Positions 19,571-27,681 of a stretch of DNA of 64,000 nt are shown here, piece after piece. The notes below the pieces were generated by a model. That model was not told the origin of the DNA and made no database searches. It saw nothing but the letters and a program-made list of their open reading frames with translations. Each line of letters starts with the position of its first letter. Within the stretch, counting starts at the first letter, position 1. The stretch covers positions 529-64,528 of the forward strand of contig CAKPHY010000005.1 in assembly GCA_934162285.1 (NCBI GenBank), read 5' to 3'. The position numbers were made by a program, and so were the translations under genes. Source of the stretch: an uncultured Bacilli bacterium. Its GTDB lineage: Bacteria; Bacillota_I; Bacilli_A; RF39; UBA660.

Positions 19571-20593
19571 TTATAATTCACTATCTAATTTATTAGAAAT
19601 TATCTGAGCATTATTAAATAAGTATCTACAAATATTAGTTCTCAAACAACCAAATTTTAATAAGTCAATTTTGGAATGATCATAAATATATTGTTTATAT
19701 CCAAAAGTACTATTTAAAATTTGAATTAAATAAATATAAGACATATATTTTAAATCATATTTATTCAATTTAACAAATTTATTAAATGTCTTAACATATT
19801 TAGTAAAATTATCTAAATTAAATTTACCATTTTTTGCTTCAGAATCAATGTAACTATAACTTCTTATTAATTCCCATACTATTGGCATTTGACATGCACT
19901 AACAAAATCTATAACAGCAGCAACTTTACCATTCTTATAGATAAATTGCAATAAATTGTAATCACCATGGGTATTCTTAATTGTCAGATTATTCATTTCA
20001 TAAAAATCTAAAGTATCCTTTATTACATTAATCATTTTTAATTTTTCTTCTATATCATTTTTTATCTTTGCATCAGTTTCATTTGTATCATCTAGCATTG
20101 AAATTAATTCTTTATGTTTTTTAATACTTGTTTCAAAACTTTCTTGTGAATACCATGTCGATATATCAGAAGATGGTAACTTCATTGGTAAATCTTCTAA
20201 TGCCAATACAATTTTGCCATAGATTTCTGCACATTCCATCGTTTGCTCATAAGTTCCATCATTATTATTTAAAGTTTCTCCAGCAATAAACTCTTGAATA
20301 ATCATTATTTTCCCTTTATATATACAACTATATTCTTCATTCAATGTTTTAACATACGTTGGAACTTGTATTCCTTTTTTCTTTAAATGATTTATTACTA
20401 CTATTTCTTTTTTTATTTCTTTTTGAGTATACTTTGATTGAAATTCTTTTAAGATATATTTGTCATTATTAAGAGAATAAATATTAGCACTACCTTTATC
20501 TATTTTTTTTACATTTGTAATTTTAATTCCATAAATTTCTTTAACAAAATTAATTATTTCTTCTAAATTTTCAAATACTGTTTTCTCTATCAT
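19571..20593 (-). CDS. APH/choline-kinase/CotS-like phosphotransferase family protein
   Basis: The catalytic-loop-like HGDYNLLQ and the Mg-binding VIDFVSA are present. The ~340-aa length is typical, and a GGAGAG RBS precedes the start. Confidence 0.6.
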   Translation of the reverse strand: MIEKTVFENLEEIINFVKEIYGIKITNVKKIDKGSANIYSLNNDKYILKEFQSKYTQKEIKKEIVVINHLKKKGIQVPTYVKTLNEEYSCIYKGKIMIIQEFIAGETLNNNDGTYEQTMECAEIYGKIVLALEDLPMKLPSSDISTWYSQESFETSIKKHKELISMLDDTNETDAKIKNDIEEKLKMINVIKDTLDFYEMNNLTIKNTHGDYNLLQFIYKNGKVAAVIDFVSACQMPIVWELIRSYSYIDSEAKNGKFNLDNFTKYVKTFNKFVKLNKYDLKYMSYIYLIQILNSTFGYKQYIYDHSKIDLLKFGCLRTNICRYLFNNAQIISNKLDSEL

Positions 20594-20667
20594 TATAGCT
20601 CTCCACTTTTTTATTATATCATTAGTTCAAATATACATTATTATTTAAATATGTTTTTTATAAATTT

Positions 20668-20701
20668 AAAAAATGTACAATTTCCTTAATTAAATTGTAC
20701 A
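20668..20701 (-). terminator. Strong rho-independent terminator of the Tad operon
   Basis: On the minus strand, TGTACAATTT-aattaagg-AAATTGTACA (10-bp stem) is followed by TTTTTT. Confidence 0.75.
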
Positions 20702-20710
20702 CTTTCCCTG

Positions 20711-21400
20711 TTATCCTATAAATTTTATTAAATAAGGTCCAAGTATTATTAGTAGAATAAGTGGAAGAATAAATAAAACTGATATAATACTTATTTTATT
20801 AGGTATTTTATTAATTTGACCTTTAATTTCTAATATTTCTTTATCCCTCAAAAATTCAATTTGATTATACATAGTATCTAAAATACTATTACCAAAAACA
20901 TCAGTCTGAGTTATGTTTAAAATAATGTTATTAATTGTTTCAGAAGGAATTCTTTCTTTCATATTTTCTAAAGCTTCCATTAAAGATCTTCCAAGTTTTA
21001 CTTCAACTAAAGCTTTTTTAAATTCATTTGATAATTCTGAATCAACATTAGAAACCGCAATTTCTAAAGAATTTTCCAAATTACGTCCCGATTCTAAAGT
21101 AAGAGTTAAAATTTCAAAAAAATCTAAAGCTTCACGATTTAATTTTTCTCCTCTTTTTTTTACACTTATTTCTAAAAACAAATAATCATATAAGAAATAC
21201 CAAATAATAGCTGCTAAAGGACCAAAAACATAACCAAGATTAGTACCATACAAAGCTAAGAAAAACATAATAATTGTTGTTACAACTCTTAAATTTTGGA
21301 AATTCATAGCATTCATATTTTTACCTGACATCTTTATTTTAGTTTCTAATTTATTGATTAAATTATCACTATAGATTTTACGAATAAAGCTTTTTTTCAT
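20711..21400 (-). CDS. Type II secretion system F-domain protein (TadC-like platform subunit)
   Basis: The layout is an N-terminal TM pair, a cytoplasmic T2SSF-like domain (LEILTLTLESGRNLENSLE...LGRSLMEALENMKERIP) and a C-terminal TM. An ATGA overlap links it to the upstream TadB-like gene. Confidence 0.7.
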   Translation of the reverse strand: MKKSFIRKIYSDNLINKLETKIKMSGKNMNAMNFQNLRVVTTIIMFFLALYGTNLGYVFGPLAAIIWYFLYDYLFLEISVKKRGEKLNREALDFFEILTLTLESGRNLENSLEIAVSNVDSELSNEFKKALVEVKLGRSLMEALENMKERIPSETINNIILNITQTDVFGNSILDTMYNQIEFLRDKEILEIKGQINKIPNKISIISVLFILPLILLIILGPYLIKFIG

Positions 21401-22908
21401 ACTCTCACCTTCATTATTTTAATTACAAATACTATGTATAGAACATATATTAAAAGCATTATTCCTAAAAGTATAAATCCAAGTGTTGTTGTAAAGAATG
21501 GGACAAAATAAGTAGGATCTAATATAGAAATAAAGGCAATAAATAAAACAGGTACACAGAATAATACATAAGAAATAATTTTAGAACTTCCTGTTAAAGA
21601 TAAAAGTTCAAGTTTTAATTTTTTCTTATTAAATAAAGTTTTTTCAATTGATGTAAATACTTTAATAATATTACCACCAGTTTTATTTAAAATACTAATT
21701 GAAGCTGTCAAGTAATTAACTTCTTCTAAAGGAATACGTTCTTTTAAACGTTCAAAAGCAACTTCAATTGATAAACCTAAGTTGATTTCTAAATAAACTT
21801 TTTTAAATTCATTAGCAATTGGACCTTTTAATTCAGTTGTTACTAAATAAATAGCTTGAGTTATACTTCTTCCTGATTTAAAAGCATTATTCATAATCAT
21901 AATTGCTTGTAATAAATCATTTTCTAAAATTGCACAATATTTTTTATAAGAAAACTTATAAACAATATCCGGAATAAAGAAACCAGCTAAAAGTGGTAAA
22001 CAAATTTCATAAAATCTTAATAAATCATATTGAATAGCTTTAGAAAAGATTGCAATAAAAATAAAGGTAAAAGCAATAATAATTTTATTGGCTACAAAAT
22101 CGATACCATCTTTATATACGTCGTTAACAACACCAACATATTTATCATAATTTTTAGCATATTTTTTAACTGTTTTAAAGTTTTCAATTCGACTCTTTAC
22201 ATGTTTAACTACTTTATAATATTTAACTAAAAATTTATCAAATAAAGACTTAGATTTATCATCTAAAGGATCAATACTAAATTTAGCAATTCTTTTTTCT
22301 AAATTAATACTTTTCTTCAAATAAAGAATAAATAAAGAAACTGCAACTAAAACACATATAATAACTGTTTGAACCGCGATTAAACTAGAAGTTGCTCCTC
22401 TTAAGACATTAATATTAACAACTTTACTAGTAGTATTACCAGCTTCATCACTGACAGTATATATTAACTTTTTTAAACCTACAGTTGTAAAATCAAGTTC
22501 CGAAGCATTAGTAGTTATTTTGTGCGTTAAATCACCATCTAAATTATCAGTTGCTTTAACGCCACCCATTATATCTAAATTAGCTCCTTGTTGCATTTCT
22601 ACTAAAAGAGAATCAACTTCAATAACCGGGGCTTCTTTATCTATCACATAACTACCACTCGTAATTTCATTTTCATTACCTTCAATTAATTCATAAACTT
22701 TAATTTGATAAGTTCCCGTTTCACTCAAGGAAATGAAAGCATTTTCCGGACCAATTATACGATTTTCTTTATATAATTTATCATCTTTATATATGACATA
22801 TCTATAAGAAGTCGTTAAAGAATCCGGCGTAAACGTAAGATTTATATTATCATTTACTGGTTTAACTTGTTCATAGATACTAAAATATTCATTTTGACCA
22901 GATTCCAT
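21397..22908 (-). CDS. TadB-like T2SSF platform protein with an N-terminal Ig-like (DUF5011-type) extension
   Basis: Residues ~90-170, EAPVIEVDS...GGVKATDNLDGDLTHKITT...GLKKLIYTVSDEAGNTTSKVVNINV, match the DUF5011 pattern. A TM helix follows, then a T2SSF domain (MNNAFKSGRSITQAI...LGLSIEVAFERLKERIP) and C-terminal TMs. An AGGAGG RBS is present. Confidence 0.7.
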   Translation of the reverse strand: MESGQNEYFSIYEQVKPVNDNINLTFTPDSLTTSYRYVIYKDDKLYKENRIIGPENAFISLSETGTYQIKVYELIEGNENEITSGSYVIDKEAPVIEVDSLLVEMQQGANLDIMGGVKATDNLDGDLTHKITTNASELDFTTVGLKKLIYTVSDEAGNTTSKVVNINVLRGATSSLIAVQTVIICVLVAVSLFILYLKKSINLEKRIAKFSIDPLDDKSKSLFDKFLVKYYKVVKHVKSRIENFKTVKKYAKNYDKYVGVVNDVYKDGIDFVANKIIIAFTFIFIAIFSKAIQYDLLRFYEICLPLLAGFFIPDIVYKFSYKKYCAILENDLLQAIMIMNNAFKSGRSITQAIYLVTTELKGPIANEFKKVYLEINLGLSIEVAFERLKERIPLEEVNYLTASISILNKTGGNIIKVFTSIEKTLFNKKKLKLELLSLTGSSKIISYVLFCVPVLFIAFISILDPTYFVPFFTTTLGFILLGIMLLIYVLYIVFVIKIMKVRV

Positions 22909-22917
22909 ATTATCCTC

Positions 22918-24240
22918 CTATTCAAAGATATCATTCAAATCATTAATGCCACGCATTTTAAGTCTTTTATAAACTTTTGGTATATAATTATGCTTAATAA
23001 ATTCTCCTTCAACATCGCCATTTTCCAAAATTCCTGTTTGTTTAAATGTAAATATTTCTTTTAAAGCAATCATATCATCGGTAAAACCAACAATTTCACT
23101 GATATTAGTTACTTTTCTACGACCATCAGCTAAACGTTCAACATGAACAACTAAATTAATAGCATTTTCAATATATTCACGAATAGCTTTAATTGGAATT
23201 TCCATTCCTGCCATTAAAATCATCGTTTCTAAACGGTTTAAAGCATCTAGAGGTGAATTAGCATGCATAGTTGTCAAACTACCCGTATGTCCTGTATTCA
23301 TCGCTTGAAGCATATCAAATGCCTCTTTACCACGAACTTCACCGACAATAATACGATCAGGACGCATACGAAGTGAATTTATTACAAGATCACGAATTGT
23401 TATTTCGCCACTACCCTCATAATTAGTTAAACGCGTTTCTAAAGAAATAACATGACGTTGTTCAAGTTTTAATTCAGCAGCATCTTCAATCGTAATTATA
23501 CGTTCATTTTCTCCGATAAAAGATGATAAAACATTAAGCAATGTTGTTTTACCACCACCAGTACCACCAGAGATAATAATATTCATTTTTTCTTTAACAG
23601 CTGCTTCTAAAAAGCGAGCCATTTCACTAGTTAAAGTACCATTACGTAAAAGATCATCAACTGATGCCATATCATCTTTAAACTTACGAATGGTCAAAAC
23701 CGGGCCTTTAATTGCTAAAGGAGGAATAACAGCATTAAGACGGGAGCCATCATCAAGACGAGCATCAACCATAGGATTAGTTGTATCAATAGTTCTTCCT
23801 AAGGGTTGAATCATTCTTTGAATAGTTCTAATAATATGATCTTGGTTAATAAAAGAAACCGAACGATCTAAAATAATATGGCCATCAATTTCAACGTAAA
23901 TTTCGGAAGGTCCATTAACCATTATTTCAGTGATAGACTTATCTTCAAGTAATTCAGTAATAGGTCCATAACCATTAATTTCATTATCAATTAAGTTATA
24001 AATATAACTTCTTTCAATATTAGTTAAATCATAACCAACTAAAGTCTTATCAATTTCATTTTTTACAAATTCATTAGTTGTTTTACCAGTTGCATTATTA
24101 TCGATTAAATTTTGAATAATTTTATTTCTTAATTCGTCTAATAATTCTTTATTTTTAAAAGTATCATAATCACTTGTAACCACATTAGTTGGTTCATCAA
24201 TCATAATACCAAATTCACTTGTTAACTTTTTTCTTGCCAT
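22918..24240 (-). CDS. cpaF: CpaF/TadA-family type IV pilus (Tad) secretion ATPase
   Basis: Walker A ([12 protein letters not shown]), [12 protein letters not shown] and [14 protein letters not shown] are seen, as is the His box [11 protein letters not shown]. The ATG at 24240 follows a GGGTGA RBS; the track start at 24249 is GTG. Confidence 0.9.
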   Translation of the reverse strand: MARKKLTSEFGIMIDEPTNVVTSDYDTFKNKELLDELRNKIIQNLIDNNATGKTTNEFVKNEIDKTLVGYDLTNIERSYIYNLIDNEINGYGPITELLEDKSITEIMVNGPSEIYVEIDGHIILDRSVSFINQDHIIRTIQRMIQPLGRTIDTTNPMVDARLDDGSRLNAVIPPLAIKGPVLTIRKFKDDMASVDDLLRNGTLTSEMARFLEAAVKEKMNIIISGGTGGGKTTLLNVLSSFIGENERIITIEDAAELKLEQRHVISLETRLTNYEGSGEITIRDLVINSLRMRPDRIIVGEVRGKEAFDMLQAMNTGHTGSLTTMHANSPLDALNRLETMILMAGMEIPIKAIREYIENAINLVVHVERLADGRRKVTNISEIVGFTDDMIALKEIFTFKQTGILENGDVEGEFIKHNYIPKVYKRLKMRGINDLNDIFE

Positions 24241-25003
24241 TTTTTTCACCCGTACTTAAAATTTCATCAGCAATTTTATCAAATACCCTAATTGCTTCTC
24301 TATTTTTATTTCTAATTCCATTATCAAGAGTTAAAATTTTACCAGATAAATTATAACTAGCAATATTTTTAATATAAAATGAACCAGGAATTATATAATT
24401 AATATCATTTTTAATAATATTTTGTAAATCATTTTTAGATAATAAAGCCTTTAGACGATCTTTAGAATCATTTAAAATTATTCGGTAATTGTCTTTATTC
24501 ATATCTTTATAAATAGAAATCATTGTTTTTATTCCCTTGATATCAACTAAATCATTAGTTATAACATAAAAAATATAATCAACGAAATCTAAAATAACTA
24601 AATTGTTTTTATCCATAATATGTGTCAAATCAATAATAATAACATCATATTTCATACGTGCTTTTGTTAATAAAATATGTAAATACTTTTCTTGAACTTT
24701 CGAAGCATAACGAGGATCTTTAGGAGAAGCCATAATATCAATATTTTCATTATAAGGTTTAACATAATTTTCTAAAAAATCAAATCGATTATTAGCTAAA
24801 TCATCAGTTGCAATATAAAGATCACGCATTGTATCAACATCTAAAGAAGCAGCTATACCACCATTATAAAGATCCGCATCAATTATTAAAGTTTTAATTT
24901 TTCTTAAAGACATTATACCAGCCAAATTAAGAGCTGTTGTTGTTTTACCTGTTCCACCTTTTACTGATGTTATTGCTACTACCTTTCCTCTTTTAATCGC
25001 CAT
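24215..25003 (-). CDS. ParA/MinD-like ATPase (TadZ/CpaE-type, no receiver domain)
   Basis: The deviant Walker A VKGGTGKTTTALNLA is present. The ATG at 25003 follows a GAGGA RBS. The gene's position between the pseudopilins and CpaF fits this call. Confidence 0.75.
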   Translation of the reverse strand: MAIKRGKVVAITSVKGGTGKTTTALNLAGIMSLRKIKTLIIDADLYNGGIAASLDVDTMRDLYIATDDLANNRFDFLENYVKPYNENIDIMASPKDPRYASKVQEKYLHILLTKARMKYDVIIIDLTHIMDKNNLVILDFVDYIFYVITNDLVDIKGIKTMISIYKDMNKDNYRIILNDSKDRLKALLSKNDLQNIIKNDINYIIPGSFYIKNIASYNLSGKILTLDNGIRNKNREAIRVFDKIADEILSTGEKNGKKKVNK

Positions 25004-25355
25004 AAGGATCCTCACTTTCTTCATTTAAATTTAAAGTTTTGGTAATTCTAATTTTATTTAATCTTGTATTAAGTAAATTATTAAAAACACTTTTATTAGT
25101 TTTACTAACTGTAATTTCTATAATATTATCATTTTCTTCAACTTGAACATCACAATCATCAATATTATCTTCAATAAATTCTTTTACTAAAAAATTATGA
25201 TCTTCTGATACATATTCTAATGCCATATTTAAAGTATTGTTTATTTGCCTTTTAGTAATTAAATTATTACCTAGTTCAATTAAAAACCCTAAAAATAATA
25301 ACATCAATGGTAATAATAAAATAAATGTAACTAAAACTTGACCTTTTTTATTCAT
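24993..25355 (-). CDS. TadE-like pseudopilin/pilin
   Basis: The N-terminus MNKKGQVLVTFILLLPLMLLFLGFLIELG is a TadE-type class III leader with a hydrophobic helix. Thr replaces the usual Glu at +5. Confidence 0.6.
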   Translation of the reverse strand: MNKKGQVLVTFILLLPLMLLFLGFLIELGNNLITKRQINNTLNMALEYVSEDHNFLVKEFIEDNIDDCDVQVEENDNIIEITVSKTNKSVFNNLLNTRLNKIRITKTLNLNEESEDPYGD

Positions 25356-25674
25356 AAAAAATTCTTTCTGTTTTTATTTTGTAGTTATTTTTATAAATAG
25401 CTTTTAAAACGGGCGTTATTATTTCAACGTTTTTAGAAACATCAATTTTAACTTCATCATCATTTACTTTTATATCAGCTATAAGATCGTTAGCTTTTAA
25501 ATAATTATTTAAATCATTACCTTTTCTATACATTTCACAAACAGTATCTAAATTATCTTCTAGTTTATATCTTTGATAATTAATAGAACCTAATTCAATA
25601 ATTGTTGTTACAATTAATAAAAAAATGGGAAAAACTAAAACAAATTCAACTAAAGCTTGACCTTTTTTCTTCAT
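25348..25674 (-). CDS. TadE-like pseudopilin/pilin
   Basis: The N-terminus MKKKGQALVEFVLVFPIFLLIVTTIIELG fits the TadE pattern (G/xxxVEF). A GGATGGTG RBS is present. This is the first gene of the operon, after a terminator and a TATAAT box. Confidence 0.65.
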   Translation of the reverse strand: MKKKGQALVEFVLVFPIFLLIVTTIIELGSINYQRYKLEDNLDTVCEMYRKGNDLNNYLKANDLIADIKVNDDEVKIDVSKNVEIITPVLKAIYKNNYKIKTERIFYE

Positions 25675-25722
25675 TTTAGCACCATCCTATCATATTAATT
25701 ATACAACATTTAAATAGAAAAT

Positions 25723-25752
25723 AAAATAAAAAAAATGTAGAATAATCCACAT
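25723..25752 (-). terminator. Terminator separating the priA-fmt unit from the Tad operon
   Basis: On the minus strand, ATGTGG-attatt-CTACAT (with a G-U pair, so better on the minus strand) is followed by an 8-nt T run. Confidence 0.55.
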
Positions 25753-25759
25753 TTTTTCA

Positions 25760-26059
25760 CTAACGTCTTCTTCTAAAGAATCCTGGAATTAAGTATGAAA
25801 CAAAAACAATATAAAGTGCTACATAAATCCACATTAATACTGTATAAAGTACTCCACGACTATCAGCAGCAATCATACTTTGAATTGAGTCAGGAATTTG
25901 TTCTAAAAATTGATGAACGCTTCCAGTAACTTGACTAGAAATGAAAGCTATAATCCTAAGTAAAATATCAGAAATAGCAAAAGCATAAATGAAACTTCTA
26001 AAGCTTCTGCAAAGAACAACTATTAAAATTAAGACTACAACTAAAATTATTAGACTCAT
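25760..26059 (-). CDS. Small integral membrane protein, unknown function
   Basis: The 99-aa product has three hydrophobic segments and an RRRR tail. An ATGA overlap links it to the upstream ORF. Confidence 0.5.
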   Translation of the reverse strand: MSLIILVVVLILIVVLCRSFRSFIYAFAISDILLRIIAFISSQVTGSVHQFLEQIPDSIQSMIAADSRGVLYTVLMWIYVALYIVFVSYLIPGFFRRRR

Positions 26060-26697
26060 TTTTCTACCCCTTCCTTATAAAATTCATAATTTATATTAAT
26101 TTCTGATATATTATCAAAATTAATATAGCGGATTTCTAAATTCAATTTTTCAAAAGTTATTTTAGTTATTTTTTTATCTTCATAAAAAATTGAATAATTT
26201 AATGTTTCTGATTGTTCTAACTCTTCAGTAACATTTAAAATCTTTAACATTTCGGCATAATCAATATCATAATTTTCTTCAATTAAACCATCAGTATAAT
26301 TGACTGTTTTAACTAGTTTACTAGCTTTTTTGATCTCATTAATATTACCTAAATAATCATAGTTATTTTTTAAGGGATCTATAACTTCATGAAATTTTTC
26401 ATCAATTAATTGATAGCATTTATTATTAATGTAATAGTAATCATTTTCAGCAATTTTAAAATTAACAATATCGTTATATTTAATTACTTTAATAGTGTTT
26501 TCATCTTGAACATATTCATATTCATAATTAGTTATTTTCGTTTCAGAAACTTTAGTTGGTGTTTTTTCAGGAAGAATTATTTCTTCACTTCTACCACCAT
26601 AAACAACAAAAATATAAGTAAATAAGCAAAAATAGAACACTAATAAAATAATGCCGCGATATTTACCATTTGACCAAATTTCTTTTATCTTATCCAT
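26056..26697 (-). CDS. Membrane-anchored protein, unknown function
   Basis: One N-terminal TM (GIILLVFYFCLFTYIFVVYG) is followed by a ~170-aa N/Y/E-rich domain. The GGGGTGAGC RBS sits inside the fmt end. Confidence 0.5.
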   Translation of the reverse strand: MDKIKEIWSNGKYRGIILLVFYFCLFTYIFVVYGGRSEEIILPEKTPTKVSETKITNYEYEYVQDENTIKVIKYNDIVNFKIAENDYYYINNKCYQLIDEKFHEVIDPLKNNYDYLGNINEIKKASKLVKTVNYTDGLIEENYDIDYAEMLKILNVTEELEQSETLNYSIFYEDKKITKITFEKLNLEIRYINFDNISEININYEFYKEGVEK

Positions 26698-26700
26698 AGC

Positions 26701-27639
26701 TCACCCCAAAATTTTATTAATTAAAGTTTCTTTATTTTGCAAGCCATTTAAATAACATGAAACTAACATTCTTTTTTTACCTTCAAGTTGAATTTCTTTT
26801 AAAATAATTTCTCCATCATTTGTACTAACACCAATACCATCTTTATAAATATTAGTAATAGTTCCATTTGGTAAATTAATTTTATCAGAACCAATTTCTA
26901 CTTGCCAAACTTTTAAGACTTTACCATCTAGAATTGTATAAGCACCGGGCCAAGAATTAAGTCCTCTTACTTTATTAAATATTTCTCTTCTTGATTTATT
27001 AAAATCAAGTTTTTCATCTTCTCTTTTTATATTATAACCATAAGTAGCTTCTTTAGCTTCTTGTTTTACTCTTTGATTACTTTTTTCAAAAATGCTTGGT
27101 AAAGTTTTTTCTAATAGTAAACTTCCCATTTGACTCAAGCGATCATGCAACGTTTCTAAAGTATCTTTATCATCTATAAGCGTAGATTCTTGACTAATTA
27201 TATCGCCTTCATCCATTTTTTTATCCATGTACATTATAGTAATTCCGGTTTCTTTATAACCATCAATAATAGCATGTTGAATAGGTGCACCACCTCTTAA
27301 TTTAGGTAATAAAGAAGCATGAACATTAACACAACCATACTCGGGATAATCAAGTAAAGAACTAGGAATTATTTGACCATAAGCACAAGTAATAATAATA
27401 TCCGGTTTTAATTCTAAAATTTCTTCATAATCAATACGAATTTTTTCAGGTTGTAAAACTTTAATATTATTAGCTAAAGCTACTTTTTTTATTGGTGAAA
27501 AAGATAATTCACATTTTCTACCAACAATTTTATCAGGTTGAGTTACTACCCCAACAACATTTGTTTCTTTAATTAACATTAAAAGAACTGGTACACTAAA
27601 CTCAGGCGTTCCCATAAAAACTACTCTTTTATCTTTCAT
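26701..27639 (-). CDS. fmt: Methionyl-tRNA formyltransferase
   Basis: VFMGTPEFSVPVL, the HASLLPKLRGGAPIQ motif and the C-terminal Fmt domain are present. Confidence 0.95.
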   Translation of the reverse strand: MKDKRVVFMGTPEFSVPVLLMLIKETNVVGVVTQPDKIVGRKCELSFSPIKKVALANNIKVLQPEKIRIDYEEILELKPDIIITCAYGQIIPSSLLDYPEYGCVNVHASLLPKLRGGAPIQHAIIDGYKETGITIMYMDKKMDEGDIISQESTLIDDKDTLETLHDRLSQMGSLLLEKTLPSIFEKSNQRVKQEAKEATYGYNIKREDEKLDFNKSRREIFNKVRGLNSWPGAYTILDGKVLKVWQVEIGSDKINLPNGTITNIYKDGIGVSTNDGEIILKEIQLEGKKRMLVSCYLNGLQNKETLINKILG

Positions 27640-27681
27640 ATGATCACCTCTACTAATTATATAATAATTTTTATTTATTTT

